Assembly: GCA_012295275.1 (NCBI GenBank)
Contig: CM022673.1
Span: 4,340,001 to 4,404,000, forward strand
Source: Chrysomallon squamiferum
Lineage: Eukaryota > Animalia > Mollusca
Reading direction: 5' to 3'
Length of the DNA: 64,000 nucleotides
In this document: positions 13,401-27,329 of the stretch, one piece after another
Layout: each line of letters begins with the position of its first letter
How positions within the stretch are numbered: position 1 is the first letter of the stretch
Position numbers and translations under genes: made by a program
The notes under the pieces: model-generated
What the model was told of the DNA's origin: nothing
Databases searched by the model: none
The model's input: the letters and a program-made list of their open reading frames with translations, nothing else

Positions 13401-14947
13401 TTATATCCTACATCTGTTGTATGAATTGACATCTTAAGTAAATCCATCAGAACTTTATGATACTGTATTTTATAGTAAGTATTATATTAACTAAACATGA
13501 CTACATTTTTTATAAATAGACCAAAATAGTTTAAAGATTGATTACAAAATTTACAGTGAGGTGTTCCTAAGTTACTACACTTAGTTTCAGATTTCATAAA
13601 TTTGTTAATGCCTTTATTCACCATCACTGTTACCATGTTCCTGACATCAGCTGTGATCCCTGTGAAAGTGTTGCATCTTTGATGTATCATACTGTTTTTT
13701 TCATCAAAGATTCAAACTCAACCAGCTACGAAGTCTTGTACTTTCTACTTCAAATTTTTCAGATGACAGTACCAGCCTTGTTAATAATGAATTATTTTAA
13801 ATTAAAATGATTAGCTTTGACTTACATTTTGTATATTTTCAGGTCACTGATCTTAAGAAAGTGCTGAAAGAAAGAGGTCTGAGTGTAGTTGGAACTAAAT
13901 CACAGCTAGCCGAACGATTACTGCAGTCTATATCTGAGTCTGGAGCAGAAATGCTAGGTATAAAATAATAAAAGCTTTTTTATTTGTAATTTAAAAAAAA
14001 GTAAAACACTCACCCTTTTTAAGTTTTTATGCATCATCATAATTATCTAACTCCATTGCATATCTGTCCATCGAAACAAATTTACTTGAATGATATTGGA
14101 TTTTTGATTTTAAAAAATGCTGTTTTTCACTGTCAGTTGGGTTTTAAAGAGGACTGGTCTTTTCTTGAAGCCTCAGCCAATGGCCATGTTACACATGTTG
14201 CTGAGGAGTATTTTGTTATAAAAAATGCTAATTCAGTGATAACACGGCCATTTACGGCATTAGCTTTGGTTGCATGCATATAATAAGTGAACTACTGTAT
14301 CTAATATTAGTACTGTAATAAATAGCAAACATGTTTATGAAATCAAATCTGGTTTCCACAGGTTTATGCAACAGTTGTTAATATATAACTGTCATTTTTG
14401 TCTGGGAAATAAAAACAAACAACAACTGGGGTATATGTAAATGACAGTTAGGAATAACTGAATATTTGTTAGTTAGGAATGTTATACATTAATAATTCCA
14501 TGAATAAAACTGCCTCTCCAAAAAAAAAAAAAGTCCCTCATAATATAACAACAGAATTCACTAATTGTCAAATATTAATGACAGGACATTCATTTATTAA
14601 TTATTATTATTTATCTGCCACGTATTATAAACTGTTTATTTCAATGGCAGATTCATCAACCACAGAGGATATTGGTTTGGATGACCACCTAGAAGTCAGT
14701 CTGGAGGTAAGCTGTAAAACAGAATTAAAAATATTTGTGATTCACTTTGGTGAAAGCTTTGATTCATAAACAAATCAATAGATTAAAAATTAACTATAAC
14801 AAGCAGAATTGTGGACATTTTTTACTTATGCATTAAAATAATTAGCCTCTGATAAAACAAATTTTTCACCTCTAGTATTTTCATATTGTTGATTTATCAA
14901 AAATGATCTTTTGTATAATATCCAGTTATTTCTTTGTTTCTGTCTAT

Positions 14948-14995
<48 letters not shown>

Positions 14996-17900
14996 TATAT
15001 ATAATTATCTCTGGTACTTTTTCAAAGTTTATTTCATATTTCAAAATTCAATTATTTCTATTTTTTATAAAATGTACATTATTATTAGACATACTGTGAA
15101 AAGTATGAAGATCATAAAACGTGTATCTAATCATAAATGTTTAAATAATGTGTTGAATATTTTAATTTTAACATACTTGTATACACAGTAATTAAATATG
15201 TATGTATATAACAGATGTCTTTACTATAAATGTTATTTTGTTTTGTTTGGAGGATTTCATATATTTTGTTTTTGCTATAAGAATTAAATTATGTATGTGT
15301 ACATATATTTATATACATGTATACATCATTACATGTTTGTTTACATATACATAGTATTTTTTTTAAGACAAGTATTTCATTTATAAAATAAAATGTATTT
15401 AATCACACACACACACCCACAGACATAATTAAACGTATGTTGCTGTGTTATTTTTTTTTTATTATTATTATTTTTTTTTTATCTTCTTTCTTTATTTTAA
15501 TCTCTCACCAATAATTTATTTTATTTTAATGGGGTTTTTTCTGTCTGTAGGATGATCTCATAAAAGCTGACAAAAAATCAGCTGTAGAAGAATCTGCTGA
15601 ACCACCTATTAAAAAAATTTCTTTTAACTCCAGGTAAAAGCATATAAATGTTTAAATTTGTATTAATATTAATAAGATGTATTAAATAGTGTGTGACATA
15701 CATTCATGCATATATTCATATGTAATATGCTCTATCTATTCTTTTTTGAAGTAATTCATGTGAAACAAATTAAAATTGATCATGATCATAAATAATATCT
15801 TTAACATGCTTTTTGTCCCATCTGAGAAATACTTCTATTGTTTAATTATTATTTTATAACTAGTCAGTCAGTTAACAGACATTTTTAGCTATCCATTATT
15901 AATTTATACCATGACTTACAATGTTTTTATTTTTCTAACAATAACAGTGAGCCAGAACCAACAGAGAAGAAGAAAATTGTTATTTCTGCAGTTCCAGAAT
16001 CAGAGGTAAATATTTAAGAAAATTTGTTGTATGTGTGTGTATATACAAATATATACGTACTTTGCATTGCAAAAAACACATTTTGGAACTTTCTAAAGAC
16101 ATGGATATTGTCTATAACTTTCAAGTTAATATCTAAAGTTGTTTTTATACAACACCAAAATCAAAATTTGATCTTGCAGATTGCAAATGCTTAATGTCCT
16201 CTTATCATTCATCTGCTTGAATAGATGATCAATATGTCATCCATTTTCCCTGTTGACTGCTTGTAGTCGCTTTTTTCAAGATAAAATGCAGCTCTGAAAA
16301 TCCTAAATAATGATCTTTATCCATTTTTCCTTGATTTAGTGCGGTGCATTTATTTTGGCCACCTGAAATACATATATATATATATTATATTGAGATTATA
16401 TATATATATTATACTGAGATTTGTCTATCTGTTTCATTTTATTGATAGGATGTTCCATTGTTGTTACATCCTAGTTACATTGTAGTTCTCAAGAATTTTT
16501 TTTATTTATTCATTATAAAAGAATTTGTACACCACTTGACTTGATTAATTTCTCTTGATAATAAAAAATGTATAGTTATTTAATTTAATGGTGTGTTGAT
16601 ATGAAAAAATATACATTCAAGGTGCAGCAATAATATTAAAACACATTATTTAGAAAAAGTTAATGCCAAATGTTTGTTATTACAGCTGTACAAAGAACAC
16701 AGGAATATTTGCACATATAAAAAGTTTTGTATTTTTAACTTTTAAATTTTTGTGTTTTTTTTAATATTTGTTTTTGCAGAGGCTGAAACGTCGAGCAGAA
16801 AGATTTGGTTCAATGTCTGAAGATGCAAGGAAAAAGGCTAGAGCAGAAAGGTTTTGATATTCATATATATATATATATTGGTTTTTTTGTTGTTATTTTA
16901 TTTTTATTATTTTTCTATTTTTTTTATTTTAAATTTAATTAATAAACTTTTGTAGGAATTACGTTGGTTTTGCTTTTTTCTCATTGCTCACAAAGATTTC
17001 TTTTTTGATAAATGACAAAAATAACAATTTTAAAAAATCTTATGTTATGTTTACATAAATCGGTTATTTAAAATATTAATGTTTACAAGATGTAATAAAT
17101 GGTGTATATATAGCTTAAATTTAATGTATTATTAAATGTTTTAAAATTTGTATTTCAGATTTGGTTTAACTGCAGCTACAACAAATAACACAGCAAAAAC
17201 AAACAATATCAAACAGTCTACACCAATTGTACAAACTGTGAGTTCATTTCTGTAAAGATTTAAAAGAATCATTGTTAAAAATAAACATTTCACTTCTTCA
17301 GTTTGCAATGTGTGAGTTACTTCCCTTGAGTAGTTCACTTTAATAAACTTGAGTTTATTTCTTTATAGGATCATTGTTAAAATAAACATTTTAATTTTTT
17401 CAAACAATTTTTGTATACATGAGTTACATCCATTATAAGTTCACTTTAATAAATTGAAGCAAGCATGCGAAAGTGGCAGCTGTGTTAAATATTTGTCATA
17501 TTAGTGAAAGTCTTATAAAGTGTCGTTAATTTTTAAAAATATTTGTAATACAAGAGTTACATCCCTAGATAAATTCAACATAATGAATTCAACTTATAAA
17601 GAAAACATTTTTTTTTTTTTTTTTATCTTAGTTCCACCTAACCTTTGAAGACTGTTACTCAAATTTTATACTTTAACACAGTGTTTTTGACATTCAGATT
17701 ATGTAAAATCTTGTTTTCCAGGCTTCAGAGATAGAACGACTGAAAAAGCGAGCAGAAAGATTCGGCACGACTGTCTCACCTGCTCTGTCAAAGGTCAGCT
17801 TCTTTTTGTGATCTATGAGAATCAGTTTCAAATGACCTTTCCTCTCTGGTCATTTCTAGACACGTTACTGTTCACATCTGTTTTTCTCTGTCACAAAATG

Positions 17901-19307
17901 AACATGCACTGTACAGTTAACCTCGTAATGTTTATTGGATTTTTTTTGATGTGTGAAATAATTTAGGGTTAATTAGAAGATAGAATTCTATTACAAATCA
18001 CTGAGTCTCAGGGCGCATGTTAGTCCGTTCACACTTTCACACACACGCACATGCACACACACATACACATGCAGCCATTGGACCCTTTTCCAGTTGCTGC
18101 CAGTATTCTTAAATTGGTTTATCAAAAATGTTTTGTACACTTTAATTTCTGAAAAATGCACATAAAAGATGTCTTGCTGTTTATAGATAAAAAAAAAATC
18201 CTTGGTGTTGACAGATAAAAAGAAAACTAGCTGTTGGCAGGTAAAAGATCATTGTGGTTGACAAAAGATCCCATGGTGATAGCAGATAGAAGATCTTTTC
18301 TGTTGACAGTTTAAAAAAATCCTTGCTGGGGAATGATAAAAGATTACTGCTGTTGACAAAAGATCCCTTGCTCTTAACAGACAAGTGTAACTTACGTAAA
18401 ATCTCAGATTTACTCTCTCATATAATCATTAGATGAACACCCACATATTCAGCATCTGTTAACATTTTACAGAAAAATTTTACTGGCTTAGTTTTTTTTA
18501 TTCATTTGTTCAACATGTAGTTAAATAATTCTTACTCTGAATTAGCAGTTTAATCATTATCAAAATGTTATTTTGACCCAGTAATAACAGTTTTCTCATA
18601 GGATTAACCAAATGATTCAGAATTTCACATGTCAAGTGTCTTTATGTTAGGTTGAGGAACAAATGAAGCTAAGTAAAAGACAACAGAGGTTTGGTATACT
18701 AACATCAACTTCAGTGAACACATTGAAGACTTTGTCTAATGATGTAAGTTCAGATTGGACTGCATACATTTTCTCCAATTCCAACCAACTAAAATAGAAA
18801 TAATTTTTGGATGAATTGTTTGATAAATTTTTTCATTCAGATTAGAAAAGACTGAGATGTGTTTTTTCGTCATTTTCTTTTATTTTTTCCCACAATTTCC
18901 CACACTTTAGCTACACAAGAAAATAAAGCACTGATTATTAGATATAATTTATTATATTAAAATTATTATAATTTTATATGATATAATATTTATTTTGGTA
19001 TCATTAGTGTAATGCACAGTGATGAATTTTTCTTTTTACTTTTATTTAGATTAAGTTAATTTTGAAATTCTGCATAAAATTTTTAAAATATATATATATA
19101 TATATACACATATACAGATTTTATTTAGAATTCAGTTAATTTGTTTCATTTTTACTTTGATTTTACAGCAATAAATACTATATTATTAATATTTTTTTAA
19201 CATGTTTCAAAATTATCTGCAATTTAATTAATTTGGATTTTATTTTTATAATATATTTTCAGGATCTGAAAAAAAAGAGAGCTGAGAGATTTGGATTGGC
19301 GAAATGA
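10477..19307 (+). CDS. SARNP: SAP domain-containing ribonucleoprotein (CIP29/Tho1; TREX/DDX39B cofactor); 10 exons, 238 aa
   Basis: Exons are 10477..10521, 13843..13957, 14651..14706, 15551..15633, 15948..16005, 16780..16850, 17159..17237, 17722..17793, 18651..18743 and 19263..19307. All introns are GT-AG and the frame is consistent. SAP motif: KLKVTDLKKVLKERGLSVVGTKSQLAERL. Five RxxRFG repeats (RAERFG x4, RQQRFG). Confidence 0.93.
12085..13330 (+). mobile_element. Decayed Tc1/mariner DNA transposon (transposase pseudogene) in SARNP intron 1
   Basis: From ~12248 the frames give an HTH-like region (...STIS*L*...SGRPQLTTPRKDRYL), then LLTDESRFC (first catalytic D), YGGGSIMVLAGI...GNMT and RPHTA...*PPKSPVLSPIE, with many stops and frameshifts. 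Weak TIR remnants lie at ~12100-12112 (gaaaagaacacc) and ~13304-13316 (ggtgtttttat). Boundaries are approximate. Confidence 0.85.
17267..17590. repeat. Diverged ~100-bp direct repeats in SARNP intron 7
   Basis: atcattgttaaaa(a)taaacattt...gagttac(t/a)tcc...agttcactttaataaa occurs twice, with a partial third copy near 17550. Confidence 0.75.
18165..18375. repeat. Degenerate ~20-25-bp minisatellite (aaaagatccttgctgttgacag-like) in SARNP intron 8
   Basis: Recurring aaaagatc / ctgttgaca units. Confidence 0.7.
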
Positions 19308-20445
19308 ATTCAATACATGTATCATAATATCTGCTTTCATCTTGTATATGTGAAGTTCTTGTTACCATTTGAACATTTGTTTTCAAGGAATCACAAGTTC
19401 TCTTGGTCTGAATCATCATTTTAAAATTCATTCTTAATAAGACTTTTGACTTTGATATTAGGTTCATTAGCATTATGTTTTTGTAGAGATTCTGGAAAGT
19501 AATGGAAGAAAAATGTTCATTTGACACAATTTAAATATAGCAGTAAGTTCTGTTTACATCAACCATGTTCATAATACAACTTTTTAATGAGATTTTCATG
19601 TTACCTCAAGTAAAATAAATTCTACAATTCTGTCGCTTTGATAGAACAATTTGAAAAACACTACATCTTTTTGTTTTTGATGTCTTAATTTTTAGTTATC
19701 TTTATTTAACCATAGAAAATATAAATTTCTGATACACTTCATGGAACTTCAAAAACTACTATTTTAACTCAAAAATTTTAAATAAAAAATAATGATAAAG
19801 GACAGAATAAACAAGGAAAAAATATCCATTAGTATGATTCCAGCTCTTGTTTCTTAAATAAAAATGTAAAAATGAAGGCAAATAATGGCCATGGACTGAT
19901 GGAGGTTAAAATTATGTTTTATTCAGAATGGTGTCATAGCTGTTTCGTAATAAAATTATTATGTGTTTTTTAAACTTTAAATGCACAATATTTTGGCTAA
20001 GAATCACCACAGGATTATTATTTAATAATGTCAAGTATATACATAAGATCCACTATGGTCCAAATGGATGATAAGATAAAATGAATGACATGCATCCTAA
20101 AATATTCCAATTTATTTAATTGTTTATTGAATAGTGGGTTTTTTAGGGGGTGGTTGTTGGGTTTATTTTTTAAATTTCTTGATCTCAGTTTGGGAAGGTT
20201 TATGAAGAAATAAACTTCAGTGTAATTTGTATATTTCCTAGTGAATTTTTAAAAATATTTACTGGAAACCAGTCTTTATTATTAATAATGATAAAACTCA
20301 ACTAACAAACCTTGAACAGTTTTTATACAGAACTAAAGACAAAAATATTATATCCTATTTTTATTACTATTACTACTACTAATGCTACTGCTACTATTTC
20401 TACTATTATTATAACTTTTATTATTAATGCTGTTATTATTATTAG

Positions 20446-20511
20446 CTCGAAACTGATACAAACAAAATGAAGTGGCATTTGAATCAACTATTCCATTGTC
20501 CATCATTATTT
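20446..20511 (+). pseudogene. Orphan inverted copy of the penultimate exon of the PLB1-like gene
   Basis: attag|ctcgaaactgatacaaacaaaatgaagtggcatttgaatcaactattccattgtccatcattattt|gtaagt aligns with the reverse complement of 58515..58583. Translations are LETDTNKMKWHLNQLFHCPSLF vs [23 protein letters not shown]. Confidence 0.85.
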
Positions 20512-23408
20512 GTAAGTTTTAAAAAAAAAGTAGTAATAAAAATGACAGCCTCTGAGTATATTTCTGGGCTTCTTATATGATTCTAATACTTTGTTATTAG
20601 TAAAGACTGATTTCTGTAATGAACATAAAATATTCACTTGGAATGATACATTCAGTATGTTATTCTGCTGTAGGGAGGCTTTTAAGAAATATATATTGGT
20701 ATTCTGTTATATCGGCATTTTGAAATAAACTGGTTGTAGTTCTGATTAAGAACTTGAATATATTCTGAAATTTGTTTCTTTTATTACATAATTTGAGCAT
20801 GTAGATACGGTTTGCTTTTTCATTAATTAAATACTGTTAAATAATGTTACAATTTTTAAATTTTAATTCCTATTTCTGTTTTCTCCTTCTGTATGATTTA
20901 TAATATACATGTATATTCATATACACAAATGCATTTCTTTAACAAAATAAAAAGTAGTAAATATTTATTTTATTTATCACTTAACTTTATTAAAATGATT
21001 TCCTTTGAGGAAACTATTTCGTTACAAAATAATGTTTTCTTTAAGCAAATCATCATGTTTAATTGTCATTTATTTCTTGACCGGTGCTAAATCATTTCAG
21101 TGAATTGCAAGTTTTGACATAAAACACATCATTTGTCATTTTATCAAGATAACTTATCATCCGTGTATGTTAATAAATAAAAATGTTTCTTAGTTCTTGG
21201 CTGCCTTTGTTTTTTAATTTACATCATTTTTTCTACTTTTATTTCTACTTTTATTTCTTCTCTGAAATTTATTTCAGTGCATAGATAGGACAGATTTTTT
21301 CTCTAGCAATCAGCAGAATATATCCATACTGTTCCAAGAAAAAACCAAAGGAATAACAACATGATTTATCAATGATTTAATTCTAAAATAACATGTTCAA
21401 GAGTTATTAATTTCAAATACACTGTTATAATACTGTCAAATACCCTGACCCTGTTAAAATCATTTTTCTATTCCTTTATGAAACTGAACACCAAAAACTG
21501 GAAAATAAAGGTAAAAATATATTAAAACTATATTGTGTCCAAAATAAGAGAATTTTTGAAACCTGGATTTTTATTTACTACTCAGAATTGGTTGGTTTGT
21601 CACTAAATGAAATTATTTTTTGAGTAACAGCTAAATCAGCAAAGCCAGAATATTGTTAACACCCCAAAAACATGACCCATTGCACCAACACTGGCAATGA
21701 ATTTCACACATTCGCACATTAAATTGATAAGATAATATATTTATTTATTTATATATATATTAAAGGTACAATGTCGATAATTCTAATTAAAGCTTGAATT
21801 ATAATCTTATATACTGTTATTATCGGTGCCACAGCAAAAGCTGCAGTTTTCAACTACTAATGTTTTTGTATTTAGTATTCAACTACAGCATATGGAAGTA
21901 TTTTGGAGAAATATTTTAATAAATGATATAAGAATGCAGTTGAGATATACACTTTACTCAGATGCCAACACAAGAACAATAATAATAAATAATAAAAACA
22001 TGATTTGAATACAAATAAAAGTTTTAATAATAGATTTGCAAATTGTGAATAAACAGAATCGGGATTTCAGTGTTTGGTTTGCAAAATGAGTTTTTTTCCC
22101 ACCTCAAAAAAAAAATAAAAAAAAAAAAAAGAAGAAGAAGAAGAAATCCTATGTGTCTGTCAATAGACAGCTGGATTTTAATGTAAGCTAAATAAGTTGC
22201 ATATTAGTGTTCAAAGAATGAAGTGGTACCAAATAATTTCATTTTATTTATCAAATATCTTTGTTCATTGTTAACATTTTATAAAGTTTTTGGGTTTTTT
22301 TTAACAACTTTCTTATCTTAGCTCCTCGCACACGCACACACACACATATTATATACATCTTTTGTTTATATACCTTTTTCTCTTCCTCTCACTCTGTCTT
22401 AATTAAAACGTGACTAAACATCATCATTTACCATTCACTGAATTATTTTTTCTGTGTGTGGGTTTACTGTTAATTGGCATTTACCTTCAGTCGTTTTTTA
22501 TAACATTAACAACCCCCTACTTGTCTTTCTTTCCTACAGACAATAAACCTTTTAGAAAACGATTGCGTGTATTGCATTTTTAATACGTCAAGATGAATGT
22601 ATAATTCAACAGTGCAAATGAATTTCGATTTTAATCAACGTATTTTTATAGATCTTTATCGTAATCCGCGGAAATTACAACAGAATATTTAAAAAATAAA
22701 AAATAAAAAAAAAAAAAAAAATCGTAGTACTGCTGCAGCGTGAATCAGACTTTGATTTCCTTTCCATCGGAAATTGTCGATTGAAGTTGGGGTTTTTCTT
22801 TCGTTTTTCAAACATTCTATCACGTATTGTTTCACTTAATAATTTGCGACAATTGTTCGTTTTCTACTAAACTTGACAAGGTGGTTGACAATAATACGCG
22901 TCATATGATAGGTTAATCGATGTTTGGAAATTAAGTTTCGATCCGAAACCAATTCTCTCTGACATGTGTCACCCTTTTCGCAGTTGTTATCTTTACTGCA
23001 GCTTTTAGGAAAAGCTTTTTGTTGGTAACACGATTTTGTCGTTTGGTAATGGACAGCAGCAGTTCACGCTAATTGATAGCCACTTTGTAAATTCCCAAGT
23101 TTTATTTGTTTCTCTTTCGCCATTTTTGTACGATAAAAATTCACGAAAGGCTAGTTCAGTTTTCCTCATCATGTAATTGAAATTTGATAATCCCTTCTAT
23201 TAATGACGAAATATTATGTACTATTATTTTAATATTTTAAAAAAATAATAAAAATAAAATTAAGAGAATGGATGTTTAACTAGCCACTTTATTTTCATTA
23301 TCACTAATACCGATAATTATGTGAATGGTGTATGATTTCATTTCCACCGCTTGGATCACAAACACACTTTGCAACAACAAAAAAGGAGAGATGGAGAAAT
23401 AAGTGACC

Positions 23409-23531
<123 letters not shown>

Positions 23532-24119
23532 AAACAGCATTATTATTGGTATTTTTTAATTTCAGATAATTTATGTTCTAATTAAATAAACTTTATAGGA
23601 ATACTTCATCCTGTCAGGTTATCATTATGTAACAAACGTTTGATATTAATACATAATTAATATAAACATATGTTAAGTTGTGTTAAACGGCAGTGACCAA
23701 TCATTCTGATCTGTCTCGTAACTTCTTCCATCTTTTATTATTATTTGTGGACGAAGGGTTGCAAGAAGAGATAATTTATACATACCTTCTCCTTGTTATG
23801 GCAGTGAAGTGTCGTGCTCGCATCGGTCATATTTCGGGTGTGTGTGTGTGTGTGTGCGCGAACGCGCACGCATACGCCACACGCAAACACACAAGTACCA
23901 TTACGACGTTACACGATGTAACAGCGTCGAATGTAATTATGTGAGATCAAATAGATGAAAGAAACTGCATAATTTATACATCATTTTACGAACGCATTTT
24001 TATTTCATTTACAGTAACTGGCTGATGAAAAAAAAAATTCATTCATTTTGTGCCGGTGATAATCTCGGGCCAGGGACACATACCACAACCCCACTCGCCT
24101 TTTTTAAAACTTTTTATAA

Positions 24120-24710
24120 GGATGTATTTTATACATACCTTCCTATATCTGTTGCCAGGAATAGACTGTTTAAACTATATTCTCATTCCTATGGATAAGA
24201 AAAAATATTTAATACATATCTTCGCTTGTTTATTGACAAGAAGAGATATTTTATGCGTACGTTTTTTTCCTTTTGACAATAAGAGAGATTTTATACGCAC
24301 GTTCTCTTTTCTGTTGACAATTAGAGATATTTTAAACGTACGTTCTGTTTTCTGTTGACAAGAAGAGATATTTTATACGTACGTTCTCCTTCCTGTTGAC
24401 AATAAGAGATATTTTATACGTACGTTCTGTTTCCTGTTGACAATAAGAGATATTTTATACGTATGTTCTCTTTCCTGTTGACAGTAAGAGATATTTTATA
24501 CTTACGTTCTGTTTCCTGTCGACAAGAAGAGATATTTTGTACGTACGTTCTCTTTTCTGTTGACAGTAAGAGATATTTTATACTTACGTTTTCCTTGACA
24601 AGAAGAGAACTTTTAAACGTGTTTCCCCTGCCTATTGACAAGAAGAGATAATTTATACATACCTTCTCCTTGTTATGACAGTGAAGTGTCGTGCTCGCAT
24701 CGGTCATATT
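24120..24710. repeat. ~37-40-bp minisatellite array (tgttgacaa(g/t)aagagatattttatacgtacgttctc...), about a dozen or more copies
   Basis: Units are directly adjacent with no unique spacers. The array ends in a ~72-bp segment (24638..24710) that is nearly identical to 23762..23833. Confidence 0.9.
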
Positions 24711-27329
24711 TATCTGACCCTTTTGTTTATCCTGAAGAAGTATCGTCCATCTCAGTGTGAACTCTGTCAGCGTACTGTGACATGATGTCACATTTTGGTG
24801 GAGCGATCATCTTAAGTAGATTCGGAAAGATATATCTGCTCAGATAAATGTGATTAAATCATTTCGATTCCATCCTGAACTTGTTTTAGAAAATTTGAGA
24901 GTCCTATGTACGTTCTCCGTCCTATTAGCACCAAGGTGTCTTTTGTATGTATATATATATATATATATACCTTCCTGAGGATAGGAAAATTCGTGACACA
25001 GTTGGGTTTTTTTTGGTAATTCAGCACTGTGAGAATGTGATGTTACAATTACAGCAATGTAGAGCTAATGTTCATGTGATTTTGAAGAAATAAAAATTAA
25101 AACACAAACTTACAGGGTAGATTTAAACTAATGAGTTACATTATTTTCTGTTATTTTAAAACTGAAGTCAATATTGTTTTGACAAACCAAGCGTCGGAAA
25201 TATTACTGCTAGTAGAAGTAGCAGTTCTTCATTGATTACTATTGCTGTTACTCCTGCTCCTAATTATTATTATTATTATTATCATCATCATCATCCACTG
25301 TTGTTATTGGCAGTTACTAAAAACTAGTACTCGTTACCATCTTGTGATACACAAAAACATATATAAATTAAACTATATATTATACATGTGAACTGTGGGA
25401 ACTTAATAAAAACTCTTTGTACTATTTTGTTGTAAGAGCGAAAAATAACACCACACGTAATATGATTTGAATTATGCAAAGACCATGGGAAATGTATTAA
25501 AACGTCTGTATAAATGAATACAGCTGAAAATAGAATGTATTGCGTATCGTATTCTGGTTATGGATTTTGCTTCAAGAGGCATATAGTTTGGTGATCAAAG
25601 TTTTCGAAAGAGGAGCGAAGGATCGCAGAAGTCACTGTCCCCAGGGCCTGTGAGAGGAGGGTCCAGTCGGTACTTTGTTCCGTGGCCCATGAGCCAAGAA
25701 GGACCCCACAGCAACCATGCAACATCCACCCACCCCCTGTCTTGGGGGAGAGAGAGAGAGAGAGAGAGATGGTGAAAAGAAAATTATTATGAAAAAAACC
25801 ACAGAAAAACTGTACATATAATACATATATTTAAAATAATAGCTTTTTCTGCTTTAGTTTCTACATGTGCACACTTAAGTATGTACGTACATACAAACAC
25901 ATACCGATAAACATAAATACTACGTTTTCAAAAAGGTAGTTATAACTCTTAAAACAAATATACAGTTTTTCAGTTATATTATTTTATTTATTGCATTAAT
26001 TAATTATAATCCAAAAAAAAAAAAAAAAGAAAGGAAAGAAAAAAACGTATCATAGTATTTTCACAGCTGTGCAATAAATTTCAAAGCGTTATATAAACCA
26101 CATCCTATGTTTTTGTTTATAATTAATATGTTTAATAAGTGTGATGCTTTCTTTTGTACGTTCTTTTTTACCGTTTTACCGTTAACATATTTGAACCGTA
26201 AATAAATTACCATGAAATATTAGTTGTTTGATACTGTTTAACTGGAGCAAGCAACATATTATTTAATTAAATCAAATCAAATTTAATGAAGGTGCTGTAA
26301 GGCAATTTATCTCGAGAAGAAATAACTTTTCAAATTTTATTTTTTTATTTATTTATTTATTTATTTTTTTACAAAATGGCAAGAAGGAAAAAAAAGGAAA
26401 AAAAACAAAAGGATATGGCTTTTTATTTAAAATTATATAATTTCTTATAAACAATCATACTGTGATTACAAGTCGATAAAAAAAAAAAAAAATAAATAGA
26501 TAAACAAACAAACAAATAAATAAAGGAAGGAAGGAAGGGAGGAAAAAAAGAAAGAAAGAAAAAGTTTCTTCAAATAAGCATTAACAAAAGTTGCAGCTGC
26601 AAGACATCACCAACGTTTCGAATAAAAAAACAACATAACAACAACAACAACAAATTACGTCATCCATCAGAGAGCAACGTAAATTGCATACAATGGCTGA
26701 CGAGGACAAAAGGAAAAGAAGGAAAATGCATAAAAGTGATCAAGTCTATTATGGGTCATTTCGTATTGACTGTAGCAGCTCATTTGGCCAATTACGGCCC
26801 ATTCATTTCCCTGTTAGTAAAAAAGCTATGCTTTATTATATATTGATTTCTTTATTGTTCTTCCCTGCCTGGTAACTTTGATACCCTTGTTAGCTCGGGT
26901 CGACCACAATCATACCAAACAGGAATCTGTCGAGACACAGTGTGTTTGAACATTTAAAAACAAAAAATATATATTATTTACACGTATGGTGTGAAATACG
27001 TTTAGGGGTAGCTGATAGAATTAATTGGTTGACGGCTAATCAAATATGATAGATACAATATTTCGAAATTGTTAAAAATTATTTAAACTGTACTTCTACG
27101 TGATGTTCAGTAAACTAAATGTGTGAACTATGATGCTGTATTAGTGTTCGTTAAATTGGGGGTAAAAAGGTTATATTAAACTTGGGCACGTTAAAATAGT
27201 GTATCATCGGGTTCGAGACACTTGAATTAAATTCGATTAAATTCTGTTAAAATAAAGTAAACAAGATGTGTTGAACGTCGACTACATCCACTGTGTTAAA
27301 TTTACGTATGCGGGGGGTAAACGTTGTCC

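Noticed and set aside
24120-24710. CRISPR-like regular ~38-bp periodicity
   Set aside because: Units are contiguous, with no unique spacers and no cas genes, in a eukaryotic context. It is a minisatellite.
25620-25750. Isolated GC-rich patch with a short ORF (25632..25826)
   Set aside because: No homology, splice context or terminal repeats could be recognised. It is probably a repeat fragment.
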